From the NCBI GenBank assembly GCA_040005235.1, contig JBDTZG010000006.1, positions 32,001-96,000 of the forward strand: DNA of 64,000 nt, written 5' to 3'. Of this stretch, positions 1 to 9,459 are shown in pieces. The notes beneath the pieces are model-generated. The model ran no database searches. It was not told the DNA's origin and saw only the letters and a program-made list of their open reading frames with translations. The translations under genes were made by a program, and so were the position numbers. Position 1 is the first letter of the stretch. The number at the start of each line of letters is the position of its first letter. The stretch comes from Acidobacteriota bacterium (lineage in GTDB: Bacteria > Acidobacteriota > Thermoanaerobaculia > Multivoradales > UBA5704).

Positions 1-327
1 CAGGAACCCGAGGTCGCGGCCGTCGATTTGAAACGCGGGTTCGGGAGAGGGGACCAGCGCGGTGCTCTCGGGCCGCGCGCTCTTGCTGGGCTTCGCGAGC
101 TTTTCGAGTTTGTCGTTCAAACGATCCGCGAGCACGGCGGCGCGGGCCGCCGGAACGAGAGGCGGTTCCTCGTCGCCTGCTTCCCGCTTGCAGTCGAGAT
201 GGAGGACCATCGCGTAGCCTTCCTCGCGAATACGGCGCAGCGAGCGCGACACGTCGGACGACTCCGAGATCGCCTCGGCGAGGGCGCGGCGCAAGTCGCG
301 AATCAGGGGCTTCAACCGTTCGTCCAG
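1..327 (-). CDS. small hypothetical protein, runs off the window edge; probable CTG start
   Basis: Open frame from CTG at 327 to base 1 (LDERLKPLIRDLRRALAEAISESSDVSRSLRRIREEGY...FQIDGRDLGFL), with AAGGAGG 8 nt upstream. Absent from the ORF track. Confidence 0.65.
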   Translation of the reverse strand, partial: MDERLKPLIRDLRRALAEAISESSDVSRSLRRIREEGYAMVLHLDCKREAGDEEPPLVPAARAAVLADRLNDKLEKLAKPSKSARPESTALVPSPEPAFQIDGRDLGFL

Positions 328-598
328 AGCGCGTTCCTCCTTGGCCTTCGATCCGCCGAAAACCGGTCGCCAAGGCGCCCGGCGATCCCTGCCGGGGTGA
401 GTGGGCGACCGCTGCGGTTCCGAACCGACCGGCGGATTATCGCCGTCACCCCCCGGGGTGTCAAACCGAGCCGTCCCGGAAAATATCCCGGTCCCCGTTG
501 ACTTTTCAGCCATCCGGTGCCTCGCTTCACCGGCTCGCCGGACCGTGGTAACCTTTCGCGCCGCCCGCGTTTTTCACCTCTCTGGGGCTCCCTTCCCG

Positions 599-1594
599 AT
601 GAATTTTTCCGATCTCGCGCCTTGGCTCGCCGCCCGAGGGTTCGCCTCCGAACGGATCGAGCCTTTGCCGGGCGACGTCTCGCCGCGCCGCTACGGCAGG
701 GTCCGTCTCGCCTCCGGCGGCTCCGCGATCGTCGCGTTCTACCCGGAGGAGATCCGCCCGGCCGCCGAGCGGTTCCTGCGCGCCACCGCCCTGCTCCAAA
801 GCATCGAGGTTCCCGTGCCGGGGGTGCTCGCGGCCGATCTTTCGGAAGGCCTGATGTTGATCGAGGATCTTGGGGAAAAGACGCTCGCCGAGAGGCACGA
901 TCTGGACGACGAGAAGATTGCCCCGTATTTTCGCCATGCCGCGGAGCTCGGCCGACGGATCGCGAAGCTGCCGCCCGCGGCGTTGCTCGACGAGGCGACC
1001 GGGGAGCCGTGGAATCCGCCGCTCGACGGGCCGCTGCTCCGCCGCGAGCTGCAGCAGACGTGGGACGTGTTCCTGATCCCGCGCGCCCTGCTCGGTTCTC
1101 CGGAGCAGCATCGCGCGATCGGGACGCTGTTCGACGAGATCTGCGCCTGCATGGGCGCGGAGCCCCCCGTCGCCTGCCATCGCGATTTCATGGCGCGCAA
1201 CCTGATTCCCCGATCGGCGATTTCCGGCGCAGTCGGCGAAGTCGCGGTGATTGATCATCAGGATCTGCGCTTCGGACCGCCCCGCTACGATCTCGCTTCG
1301 CTCTTGAACGACACGCGTTTCCCGAGCCCCGCGCTCGAAGCGGAGCTGCTGGAGTCGACTCTCGGCGATCCCGGAAAGATCGAGAGCTACCACCGGGCGG
1401 CGGCCCAGCGGACGCTCAAGGCGGTGGGCACTTTCGCCAAATTCGCCGACCGCGGCGCGCCTCGCCACCTGCCGCTGATCGCTCCGACGCTCGCGCGAGC
1501 CTTGCGCCACCTGGAACGAATCCCGGAAGGCGACGCGATCGTTTCCAAGCTCAAGGAGCTCTGGCGTCCCGCTCTCCTGCCGTCGCCGCACTGA
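599..1594 (+). CDS. aminoglycoside-phosphotransferase-fold kinase, AmgK-like (anomeric MurNAc/GlcNAc kinase)
   Basis: GDVSPRRYGR N-terminal motif, HRDFMARNL catalytic loop, IDHQDLRFGPPRYDLASLL. Start taken at ATG 599. Confidence 0.8.
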   Translation: MNFSDLAPWLAARGFASERIEPLPGDVSPRRYGRVRLASGGSAIVAFYPEEIRPAAERFLRATALLQSIEVPVPGVLAADLSEGLMLIEDLGEKTLAERHDLDDEKIAPYFRHAAELGRRIAKLPPAALLDEATGEPWNPPLDGPLLRRELQQTWDVFLIPRALLGSPEQHRAIGTLFDEICACMGAEPPVACHRDFMARNLIPRSAISGAVGEVAVIDHQDLRFGPPRYDLASLLNDTRFPSPALEAELLESTLGDPGKIESYHRAAAQRTLKAVGTFAKFADRGAPRHLPLIAPTLARALRHLERIPEGDAIVSKLKELWRPALLPSPH

Positions 1595-1668
1595 TCTGCT
1601 ATGCTGCCGCCACGAGTCGGCGTACGTTTCGCTGCTCTTTGCGTCACGCTCCACCTGGAGACCACTAC

Positions 1669-1848
1669 ATGCCCAACCTTGGCGTTCCCGAACTGCTGAT
1701 CATCTTCGTCATCATCATCGTGCTCTTCGGTGCGACCCGTCTGCCGAATATCGGCAAGGGTCTCGGCGAGGGCATCCGCAACTTCAAGAAGGGGATGAAG
1801 GGCGAAGACGATCCCCAGCTCCCCGGCAAGACCACCGATCCCCGCTAG
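1669..1848 (+). CDS. tatA: twin-arginine translocase TatA/TatE subunit
   Basis: LGVPELLIIFVIIIVLFGATRLPNIGKGLGEGIRNFKKG. GGAG RBS before ATG 1669. Confidence 0.95.
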   Translation: MPNLGVPELLIIFVIIIVLFGATRLPNIGKGLGEGIRNFKKGMKGEDDPQLPGKTTDPR

Positions 1849-1903
1849 CACAGGATTTCGGTCAAATCGGCCCCGGTTCGAGCCGATTTGGCGCAGGCGT
1901 CAC

Positions 1904-1946
1904 GAAAAGAGGCTCCGGGCGGTTCGATCCGCCGGAGCCTCTTTTC
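1904..1946. terminator. bidirectional intrinsic terminator between convergent tatA and lytic transglycosylase genes
   Basis: GAAAAGAGGCTCCGG (1904-1918) pairs with CCGGAGCCTCTTTTC (1932-1946), with A and T tracts on either side. Confidence 0.8.
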
Positions 1947-1965
1947 TTTCGACTTCAGGCGGCCC

Positions 1966-2640
1966 TTACCGGGTCATCGCGGCTAGCGTCTCGGTGATTT
2001 CGGCATGCGGCAGGGTGTCCGCATCGCCATGCCACAGCCGGCGATGAAGACCGAGGTAGCGATCCTGGACGCGCCGGACGTAGGAACGCGTCTCGCGAAA
2101 CGGCGGCACGCCTTTCCATCGATCGACCATGCCGGGACCCGCGTTGTAGGCTGCGAGCGCCCTTTCGAGGTCGCCGTCGTAGCGATCCAACAGACTCGCG
2201 AGGTAGCGGCTGCCGGCTTCCAGGTTGGCCTTCGGATTGGTCAGGTCCGGGCTTTTCGGCGTGCCGCTGCCGTCGGGCCGGACCTGCATGAGGCCGACCG
2301 CGCCGCGCGGCGAAACGACGTTGGCGGCAAACCCCGATTCCATTTCGACCACCGAGGCGATCAACAGGCCGTCGACCCCCGTGCGGGCCGAGACGTCGAC
2401 GATCGCCGCGCCATAGGGGAGCGTTTCCAGATACCGGCGCTGCGCATCGCGTCCGGAGGACGAGACGGGAGTTGAGGCGGGTTCGGCCAGGGACGAGGGG
2501 GGCGGAGTCGTTTCGAGATCCGAAAGCGTCGGGATGGATGAGATCGAGGGGCTGGAGGTGAAGGTCAAAACCAAGAAAACCGCAATGGACACCACCAGGG
2601 CAGGCCGGTGCCAGGTTGTTCGTGTTTCGGTACTCTGCAT
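1966..2640 (-). CDS. membrane-anchored SLT-family lytic transglycosylase
   Basis: N-terminal hydrophobic helix, then ESGF..VVSPRGAVGLMQV, NLEAGSRYL and ALAAYNAGPG motifs. Start at ATG 2640. Confidence 0.9.
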   Translation of the reverse strand: MQSTETRTTWHRPALVVSIAVFLVLTFTSSPSISSIPTLSDLETTPPPSSLAEPASTPVSSSGRDAQRRYLETLPYGAAIVDVSARTGVDGLLIASVVEMESGFAANVVSPRGAVGLMQVRPDGSGTPKSPDLTNPKANLEAGSRYLASLLDRYDGDLERALAAYNAGPGMVDRWKGVPPFRETRSYVRRVQDRYLGLHRRLWHGDADTLPHAEITETLAAMTR

Positions 2641-2781
2641 GGGGAACGGCTCCCTTTGTCTTCCGTTGGGGCGTAGACCCGCCGCTTCGTGGATGTTTAC
2701 GAAGCAGAGGTGCGCTGCGCGGAAAGTACACGCCGAGCCCGGGAGCCCGGGTCGGCGCCGCGAAATGGTAAGGAAAGCTTC

Positions 2782-2797
2782 TGCTAGTTCTGTGCCA
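2782..2797 (-). promoter_or_regulatory. putative sigma-54 (-24/-12) promoter for the lytic transglycosylase
   Basis: Minus strand TGGCACAGAACTAGCA: GG-N10-GC spacing with a TGGCAC box, about 140 nt upstream of the start. Confidence 0.5.
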
Positions 2798-2881
2798 GAA
2801 CGCCCAGGGTTCGAACCGCCGTGCGGTTCAACCGGGGGTCGATCGAGGTGCCGGCGGCGGCACCTAGGCGAGGGGCGGTGT

Positions 2882-3148
2882 TCAGGTGACCGGATCCTTT
2901 CGCCGCTGAGCGCGGCGCCGATCGTAATCCTCGGAGTGGATTCCGAGAGTGGAGACTTTGTTGCGCAACGTGTTGCGATGGACGCCCAGCGAGCGAGCGG
3001 ACCGGCAGAAGTTGCCAGAGTTGGACTGTAGCGAGGCAAGGATGAACTGACGTTCGAACTCCCGCCGCGCCTGCTCCAGAGTTACGCCGCGACGAACCAG
3101 CTCATCGACGATGAGAAACAGACGCCCGTTCAAGTTCTGGTCGGCCAA
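2882..3148 (-). CDS. stand-alone Fis-type helix-turn-helix protein
   Basis: FERQFILASLQSNSGNFCRSARSLGVHRNTLRNK matches the Fis/HTH_8 pattern. Confidence 0.85.
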   Translation of the reverse strand: MADQNLNGRLFLIVDELVRRGVTLEQARREFERQFILASLQSNSGNFCRSARSLGVHRNTLRNKVSTLGIHSEDYDRRRAQRRKDPVT

Positions 3149-3448
3149 GGTGAAATCTCCGCTGAGAAAAGGGGCTCGAAAGCGGGCTCTAGAATACCAC
3201 AGCCCTTCCGTCTACCCAAGATGAAAACGTCGTTCGCAGCGCCACCCGACCGCTCTGCAAAGTTCCTGCGAGAGTCGGGGATCGCCCCCTGAAGTCGCCG
3301 ATCTCGCGGTTCCGGGGGGAGTGTTCTAGACTGTCGCCCTTCGGCAGAGTCCTGGCCCGAGATGTGCTCGACTAAGTCGAGGCCGTTCGGAGCCCTGGGT
3401 TTTGCCCTGACCGACCGAGCTAAAACCCGAAAAACACAGGAGATCGCG

Positions 3449-3721
3449 ATGGCCGAGAGAAAGCCTAACGAGCAGTTCATGAAGCCGCTGCAGCCCTCTG
3501 AGGCGCTCGCTGCGGTCGTCGGTAGCGCCCCGCTGCCGCGCACCGAGGTGACCAAGAAGGTCTGGGAGTACATCAAGAAGCACAATCTGCAGGACCCGGC
3601 CAACAAGCGCAACATCGTTGCCGACGACAAGCTGAAGGCGGTTTTCGCGGGCAAGGGCACGGTCACGATGTTCGAGATGACCAAGCTGATCAACGCCCAC
3701 CTCAAGGACCCGTCGAAGTAG
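3449..3721 (+). CDS. SWIB/MDM2 domain protein
   Basis: FMKPLQPSEALAAVVG..PRTEVTKKVWEYIKKHNLQDPANKRNIVADDKL. AGGAG RBS before ATG 3449. Confidence 0.92.
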   Translation: MAERKPNEQFMKPLQPSEALAAVVGSAPLPRTEVTKKVWEYIKKHNLQDPANKRNIVADDKLKAVFAGKGTVTMFEMTKLINAHLKDPSK

Positions 3722-3816
3722 CAGGCGCCGCGCGGAGCGGCGCGCCCGTGGGCAGCGGGCGCCGCCGCTTCGACCAGGCGGTCCGCCGCCTCGCGCAATT
3801 CTGAGATCTCCGCACT

Positions 3817-4788
3817 GTGGTTACCCACGTCCCGATCGGCACGCCGCTCCTTTGGGGCGGATTTTTTCTCCTCATCTTCGCCCTGCTCGCGCTCGATCTC
3901 GGCGTGTTCAACCGCCGCGAGCATCGGGTCGGCCTGACCGAGGCGATCGTTTGGAGCGTCGTCTGGACGCTCGTGGCGTTGGCATTCAACGTTTGGGTCT
4001 ACCTGCGTTTCGGTCACACTCCGGGGGTAGAGTTCCTGACCGCCTACGTGATCGAACGCTCCTTGAGTTTCGACAACATCTTCGTCTTCATCGTGGTCTT
4101 CAACTACTTCGCGGTGCCGGACGAGCTTCATCACCGGGTGCTGTTCTGGGGCATCCTCGGCGCTCTCGTCGCCCGCGGCCTGTTCATCGGTCTGGGGACC
4201 GCGCTGCTCGCGAAATTCTCCTGGTTGATCTACCTGTTCGGCGCCTTCCTGATCTACACCGGCTGGAAGGTCCTGCGCGAGAAAGAAACGAAAATCGAGC
4301 CGGAGCGGAACCCGGTGGTCAAGCTATTCCGCCGTCTGTTCCGGATCACCGAGAGCTATCGGGGCAAGAACTTCTGGTCGCGCGAAAACGGCTTGCTCTA
4401 CGCGACCCCGCTCCTGCTCGTCCTGGTGGTGATCGAGGCAAGCGACATCCTGTTCGCGGTCGATTCGATTCCCGCCGTCTTCGGCGTCACGCGCGATTCG
4501 TTCATCGCCTTCACCTCGAACATCTTCGCCATTCTGGGGCTGCGCGCGCTGTACTTCCTGCTCGCCGGTCTGATGCACAAATTCGGCTATCTGAGCTACG
4601 GCCTGGGCTTGGTGTTGATCTTCATCGGCGCCAAGATGGTCCTTCATCCGTGGATCGAAATCCCGATCGAGCTATCGCTCGGCTTGGTGCTCGTCCTGCT
4701 CGCCGGCTCGGTCGCCATCTCGCTGCTCCGTCCGCCCAAAGCGCCGGAAGAAGTCGTGGCCGCAACCTCCGAGTCGTCCGCCGACTAG
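3817..4788 (+). CDS. TerC/Alx family membrane protein
   Basis: ERSLSFDNIFVF, HRVLFWGILGA, DILFAVDSIPAVF and SNIFAILGLRALYF motifs. Confidence 0.93.
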   Translation: MVTHVPIGTPLLWGGFFLLIFALLALDLGVFNRREHRVGLTEAIVWSVVWTLVALAFNVWVYLRFGHTPGVEFLTAYVIERSLSFDNIFVFIVVFNYFAVPDELHHRVLFWGILGALVARGLFIGLGTALLAKFSWLIYLFGAFLIYTGWKVLREKETKIEPERNPVVKLFRRLFRITESYRGKNFWSRENGLLYATPLLLVLVVIEASDILFAVDSIPAVFGVTRDSFIAFTSNIFAILGLRALYFLLAGLMHKFGYLSYGLGLVLIFIGAKMVLHPWIEIPIELSLGLVLVLLAGSVAISLLRPPKAPEEVVAATSESSAD

Positions 4789-4828
4789 AGAACCCGCACT
4801 TCGCCGATCGCTTCCGGAGGTCCGCTCG

Positions 4829-6541
4829 ATGAAACGGTTTGCCGCCTTTCTCCTTCTCGTCGCCCTGCTCGTCGCGAGCGGGCCATTGCCGGCGGCCTTC
4901 GAGCCCGCCCCGATCGGCCGCGGGGGAGCGGTCTCCGCAAACGATCGCCGTGCCTCGGCGGTGGGGCTGGAAGTCTTAAAGAGCGGCGGTAACGCGGTCG
5001 ACGCCTCGATCGCGACGGCGTTGGCCCTCGCCGTGGTCTTCCCCGAAGCGGGCAACCTGGCGGGCGGTGGTTTCGCAGTCCTGCGCCAGAAGGGCACTTT
5101 TGCCGCGCTCGATTTTCGCGAGGTGGCGCCGGCTGCGGCGAGCCTCGGCATGTACCTCGACGAGAAAGGCGAACCGAGGAAAGGCGCCTCGACCCTCGGA
5201 CCGCTCGCCACAGGAACCCCCGGCTCGCCCGCCGGGCTCTGGGAGCTGCACGAAAAGTACGGCAAGCTCCCCTGGGCGCGCCTGGTCGATCCGGCCGAGC
5301 GCCTGGCGCGCGAAGGGTTCACGGTCGATCGTCACCTTCACGAACGGCTGATCCATCCCGACCAGCAGCGACTCGCGCAGTTTCCCGAGACGCAAAGCTT
5401 CTGGCGCGCGGGGACCGAGCCGCTGCCGGTCGGCACGTTGATCCAACAGCCGGCGCTCGCCAAGACCCTCGCCGCCTATCGGGATCACGGGCCGGAGGCC
5501 ATCACCGGCGGCGCCGTAGCCGCGGCGGTCGAAGCGGCGTCAAAGCGGCACGGCGGAGTGCTCACAGCGGCGGATCTTGCCGCCTATCGGCCCACCTGGC
5601 GCGAGCCGCTCCGCTTTGCCGCGTTCGGCTGGCAACTCGCGACGATGCCCTTGCCCTCCTCCGGCGGCATGATCCTCGGCGAGACGTTCGGCCAGCTGGA
5701 GCGCCTCTCGTGGCCCAAGCTGCCGCGCTTCGGCGCCGATCGCGCCCATCTGCTTGCTGAGGCGCTCCGCCGTTCGTTCGCCGACCGCTACCTGCTGGGC
5801 GATCCCAAGACCACCCGTGCCGGCGCGGCCCAGCTGCTCGATCCCGCCTGGCTCGACCGCCGCGCCGCCTCGATCGACCGCGTAAAGGCGTCGCCCTCGA
5901 AAGGGATCTTCCCCTGGCCGGGCGACGCGCCGCCGGCCGAAAAGCCGGAGACCACGAATATTTCGGTCATCGACGCGGACGGCAACCTGATCGCGCTCAC
6001 CACGACGCTGAACGACCTGTTCGGCTGCGGCCTCTACGTTCCCGAGATCGGTTTTTTGAACAACGAGATGGACGACTTCGCGACCGCGCCGGGACGGCCG
6101 AACCTGTTCGGCCTGATCCAGGGCGAGGCCAACGCCGTGGCGCCGGGCAAGAAGATGCTCTCCTCGATGGCGCCGACGATCGCCTGGCGCGCGACGCCCG
6201 CGGGCGAAGAGGCCATCGCCATCGGTGGCCGCGGCGGTTCGCGGATTCCCACCCATGTCGCACAGGTGCTGCTGAATGTGATGGTCGACGGCGATTCGCT
6301 CGCCGAGGCGCTCGGCCGGCCCCGCCTGCACCATCAATGGCTGCCCGATCAGATCGAGGTCGAGCCGGACACGTTCTCGCCCGAAACCCGCGCCGAGCTG
6401 GAACGGCGCGGGCATGTCATTCAGCCGGCGATCCAGAGCGCAAGGGTGTTCGCGATCCACCGTCTGCCCGACGGCCGGATCGAAGCCGCGGGCGACCCGC
6501 GCGGCCCGAGCGGCGCTGCGGTGGTCGATCCGGAACGTTGA
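4829..6541 (+). CDS. ggt: gamma-glutamyltransferase (secreted)
   Basis: Signal peptide, GGNAVDA, LDFRE, nucleophile ETTNISV, LNNEMDDF, LSSMAPT, GGSRI. Confidence 0.93.
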   Translation: MKRFAAFLLLVALLVASGPLPAAFEPAPIGRGGAVSANDRRASAVGLEVLKSGGNAVDASIATALALAVVFPEAGNLAGGGFAVLRQKGTFAALDFREVAPAAASLGMYLDEKGEPRKGASTLGPLATGTPGSPAGLWELHEKYGKLPWARLVDPAERLAREGFTVDRHLHERLIHPDQQRLAQFPETQSFWRAGTEPLPVGTLIQQPALAKTLAAYRDHGPEAITGGAVAAAVEAASKRHGGVLTAADLAAYRPTWREPLRFAAFGWQLATMPLPSSGGMILGETFGQLERLSWPKLPRFGADRAHLLAEALRRSFADRYLLGDPKTTRAGAAQLLDPAWLDRRAASIDRVKASPSKGIFPWPGDAPPAEKPETTNISVIDADGNLIALTTTLNDLFGCGLYVPEIGFLNNEMDDFATAPGRPNLFGLIQGEANAVAPGKKMLSSMAPTIAWRATPAGEEAIAIGGRGGSRIPTHVAQVLLNVMVDGDSLAEALGRPRLHHQWLPDQIEVEPDTFSPETRAELERRGHVIQPAIQSARVFAIHRLPDGRIEAAGDPRGPSGAAVVDPER

Positions 6542-6626
6542 GCCGGCAGTGATTTCTTTCCCTGCCGTGATCCGCGGAGATTCCAGGTAAACTCCGGCCG
6601 TTTTTCCAGCGAGGGGAGTTAAGAGC

Positions 6627-7766
6627 ATGGTCCAGGTGCTGGTGCCCAAAGAGCGCCGATCCGGCGAAACGCGTGTCGCCGCGACGCCCGAGACGGTCAA
6701 GAAAATGGTCAAGGAAGGGCTCGCCGTGGCGGTCGAGCGGGGAGCCGGCGAGGCCGCGTATTTTTCCGACGCGGATTACGAAGCGGCGGGCGCCACCCTC
6801 TCCGACGCCCCCGACTGGTCCGCCGCCGACGTGGTCTTGAAAGTCGCGCCGTTGGCCGAAAACGAAACGCCGAAATCCGGCGCGCTCGCGATCGGCCTGT
6901 TCGCCCCGCACGGTCCCCTCGACCGCGTCCGCCGCTTGGTCGAGGGAAACGTCACCACCCTCTCGATGGAGCTGGTGCCGCGCATCACCCGCGCTCAAGG
7001 AATGGACGCCCTCTCCTCTCAAGCGTCGATCGCCGGCTACAAAGCGGTTCTGCTCGCCGCAGTCCATCTGCCGAAATACCTGCCCCTCCTGATGACCGCC
7101 GCCGGCACGATCAAACCGGCCAAAATCGTCATCATGGGCGCCGGAGTGGCGGGCCTCCAGGCGATCGGCACGGCGCGCCGCCTAGGCGCGGTGGTCGAAG
7201 TCTCGGACGTCCGGCCCGAGGTCAAAGAACAGGTCGAATCGCTCGGCGCCCGCTTCATCGAGCTGCCGATGCTCGAACAGGAAAGTGGAGCGGGAACCGG
7301 CGGCTACGCCCGCCAGATGGGCGAAGACTTCCTCATCCGCCAGCGCGAAATCGTCCGCGAACGTCTGAAGACGGCGGACGCTGCGATCACCACCGCCCTG
7401 GTCCCCGGCCGGAAAGCCCCCACCCTCCTGACCCGCGAAATGGTCGAAGCCATGCGCCCCGGTTCCGTGATTATCGACCTCGCAGTCGAACAAGGCGGCA
7501 ACTGCGAGCTGTCGCAAGCCGACCAGGAGGTCGTCCACCAGGGCGTCCGCATCCTGGGCCCGTCGAACCTCCCCGCCACCCTGCCCCACGACGCGAGCAC
7601 CCTCTACGCGAGAAACGTCCTCGCCCTCTTGCTCCACGTGACGAAGAAGGGCGAGATGGCTCTGGATCCAGAGGAGGAGATCGTCAAAGCTACGCTCCTC
7701 ACCCACGCCGGAACCGTCCTGCACGGCCCGACGGCGGAGCGGTTGGCGAGCGAAGCCGGGGCCTGA
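6627..7766 (+). CDS. pntAA: NAD(P) transhydrogenase alpha subunit part 1 (domain I)
   Basis: ETRVAATPETV, PRITRAQGMDALSSQA, GAGVAGL, GGYA mobile loop, DLAVEQGGNC. No membrane segment. Confidence 0.92.
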   Translation: MVQVLVPKERRSGETRVAATPETVKKMVKEGLAVAVERGAGEAAYFSDADYEAAGATLSDAPDWSAADVVLKVAPLAENETPKSGALAIGLFAPHGPLDRVRRLVEGNVTTLSMELVPRITRAQGMDALSSQASIAGYKAVLLAAVHLPKYLPLLMTAAGTIKPAKIVIMGAGVAGLQAIGTARRLGAVVEVSDVRPEVKEQVESLGARFIELPMLEQESGAGTGGYARQMGEDFLIRQREIVRERLKTADAAITTALVPGRKAPTLLTREMVEAMRPGSVIIDLAVEQGGNCELSQADQEVVHQGVRILGPSNLPATLPHDASTLYARNVLALLLHVTKKGEMALDPEEEIVKATLLTHAGTVLHGPTAERLASEAGA

Positions 7767-8006
7767 TCGGGCGCGGCGGAGTACCCGGCGCACGCGCCCA
7801 CCCGATTTGTGAGCTTCCGGACCGACTGGCCGAATTCCCCGACCCCGGCTTGCGACGCAACGCAGCGCTGCACAAACGCTGCGCACCTGAATCCGAGGTG
7901 CGCTTGGTGAATGCATTGGGCCCGCGCGTTCGATCATCGGGACGCAAGCTCGAATCGTCGGTACTCGCGTCCGCCGGGGCGCTCCGCGGGAGCTGAAACG
8001 AGGAGA

Positions 8007-8876
8007 TTACGGCTCGGCCAGAACCTCGGTGGCGGAAGAAGCCACTGCGGCCCGTCGCAACCAGCGGCCCAGCTGCTCACGGTCCTGACACCCCAGAATC
8101 TTCTCCTGTTGCGCTTCGCTCGCCTCGACCTCGCGTGCCGCCAAAACTTCGAGAATCGATCGGGCGACTCCATCGGCCCGGCCTTCCTCTCGGCCTTCCA
8201 CCTTGCCCGCAGCTTTCGCAGAAGCTTCTCGCTTCAGAATCACGGGGTTCCCTTTGGCGACCAGCGCCTCGGCCACCGCGTTGTCGGCGATGGCGGCATC
8301 GAGCAGCGCAGCGACCTTGAGCGGAGTCGCCAAGCAGTGATCCTCAATATTTGCCCCCACCTCCAGCCGGCGCCAGGTACGCTCCTCGGGAGACCACTCG
8401 CCGACTTCGCCGTTCTTGACCCATACGGCGAAGATCCTCCGCACCCCGCGACGGTGCATGCGCTCGGCCTTCTCGGTCGCGAGTTTCTCGCTCTGCTTCG
8501 AAACGATCTCGAACGCGATCTCCTCCAGGTGGCGTCGCCCGGTCGCCGGGTCCGTTCCCTCCCGGCGGACGCAGGTGTCGGACGCAAAGTCTGAGTCCAC
8601 GCCATACCGGGTGATCAGGTCGGTCGAAGCGCGGTATCCGGAGGCGACATGTGCCCGGAGCACGTAGTCGAGCTCGGTCTGCTGATCGGCGTGGGGCGCC
8701 TCCGCCGGAAACGCCTCCATCCGCCGTCCGCCGATGATCTCGTCCCGGGTGACCTCCGGCTCGACCAGATGATCGTCGACGTTCGGAAACGAGCCGCGGC
8801 CGGGCAAACGCATCGCCGAGCCCGACCCATCCGGTCCGGGCGCCTTGAAGCTGTAGGCCCTGCGGTTCTCGTCCAT
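8007..8876 (-). CDS. Uma2/PD-(D/E)XK-like putative endonuclease with an Rpn-like C-terminal tail
   Basis: EIIGG..PAEAPH, FASD..EIAFEIVS..KAERMHRRGVRRIFAV. C-terminal EGREEGRADG..ILEVLAAR..LGRWLRRA. Confidence 0.65.
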   Translation of the reverse strand: MDENRRAYSFKAPGPDGSGSAMRLPGRGSFPNVDDHLVEPEVTRDEIIGGRRMEAFPAEAPHADQQTELDYVLRAHVASGYRASTDLITRYGVDSDFASDTCVRREGTDPATGRRHLEEIAFEIVSKQSEKLATEKAERMHRRGVRRIFAVWVKNGEVGEWSPEERTWRRLEVGANIEDHCLATPLKVAALLDAAIADNAVAEALVAKGNPVILKREASAKAAGKVEGREEGRADGVARSILEVLAAREVEASEAQQEKILGCQDREQLGRWLRRAAVASSATEVLAEP

Positions 8877-9172
8877 CCGTCGAATGATAACCGACTGCCG
8901 AAATCCCGCCTCGGTTGGTCCCCGGCCGCCATCCGCGCTGCCGCCGAAAGAGGGTACTTTACCCGCTCCCTATCAGAGCGCCCACGAAGCCGCCGAGAGT
9001 TGCCGAGTCGGGTCCTCAAAAGGCTGCGTGACGCCGACAAAGTCGAGAGCCTCGGCCCTCCGATGGCGGTAAGGAAGGGCGGCATGAACCCAAGATGACC
9101 CTTTCTTGGCGCCTTCTTCGCGTTTGGAATCAATGGGATGAAGACCCAGCAACTCGGCGTTGAAGCTCGCTC

Positions 9173-9201
9173 TTGACAGGGCTCGTGATCTTTTCGATAC
9201 T
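9173..9201 (+). promoter_or_regulatory. putative sigma-70 promoter of the AT-richer island
   Basis: TTGACA (9173-9178), 17 nt spacer, GATACT (9196-9201). Confidence 0.5.
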
Positions 9202-9459
9202 ACGCGCCACCCAGAAAGTCTTATGGCCTAAACAGGGTACTTGTCCCGCTGGATGCTTTTGAGGCACCATTGAGTAAAGAGCTGTGCGCCGCCGCCCGCC
9301 GCTTCCGGGCCTAGCCAGGTTGCCCCCAGCTCTCGCAAATAGCGGTTCAGGCGAACAGTCTGGACCATTACCCGGACAGGGGGTTCGCCCCACGGTGGGC
9401 GAGGCCGGCCCATGTCCTTAACCCGCGGCAACTATTGTTGCCTAATTACGGTGGTCCCA

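Noticed and set aside
2641-2880. Riboswitch upstream of the lytic transglycosylase
   Set aside because: GC-rich hairpins are present, but I could not find conserved c-di-AMP or c-di-GMP aptamer motifs.
3449-3721. SWIB domain as a eukaryote-derived gene
   Set aside because: Stand-alone SWIB proteins are widespread in bacteria.
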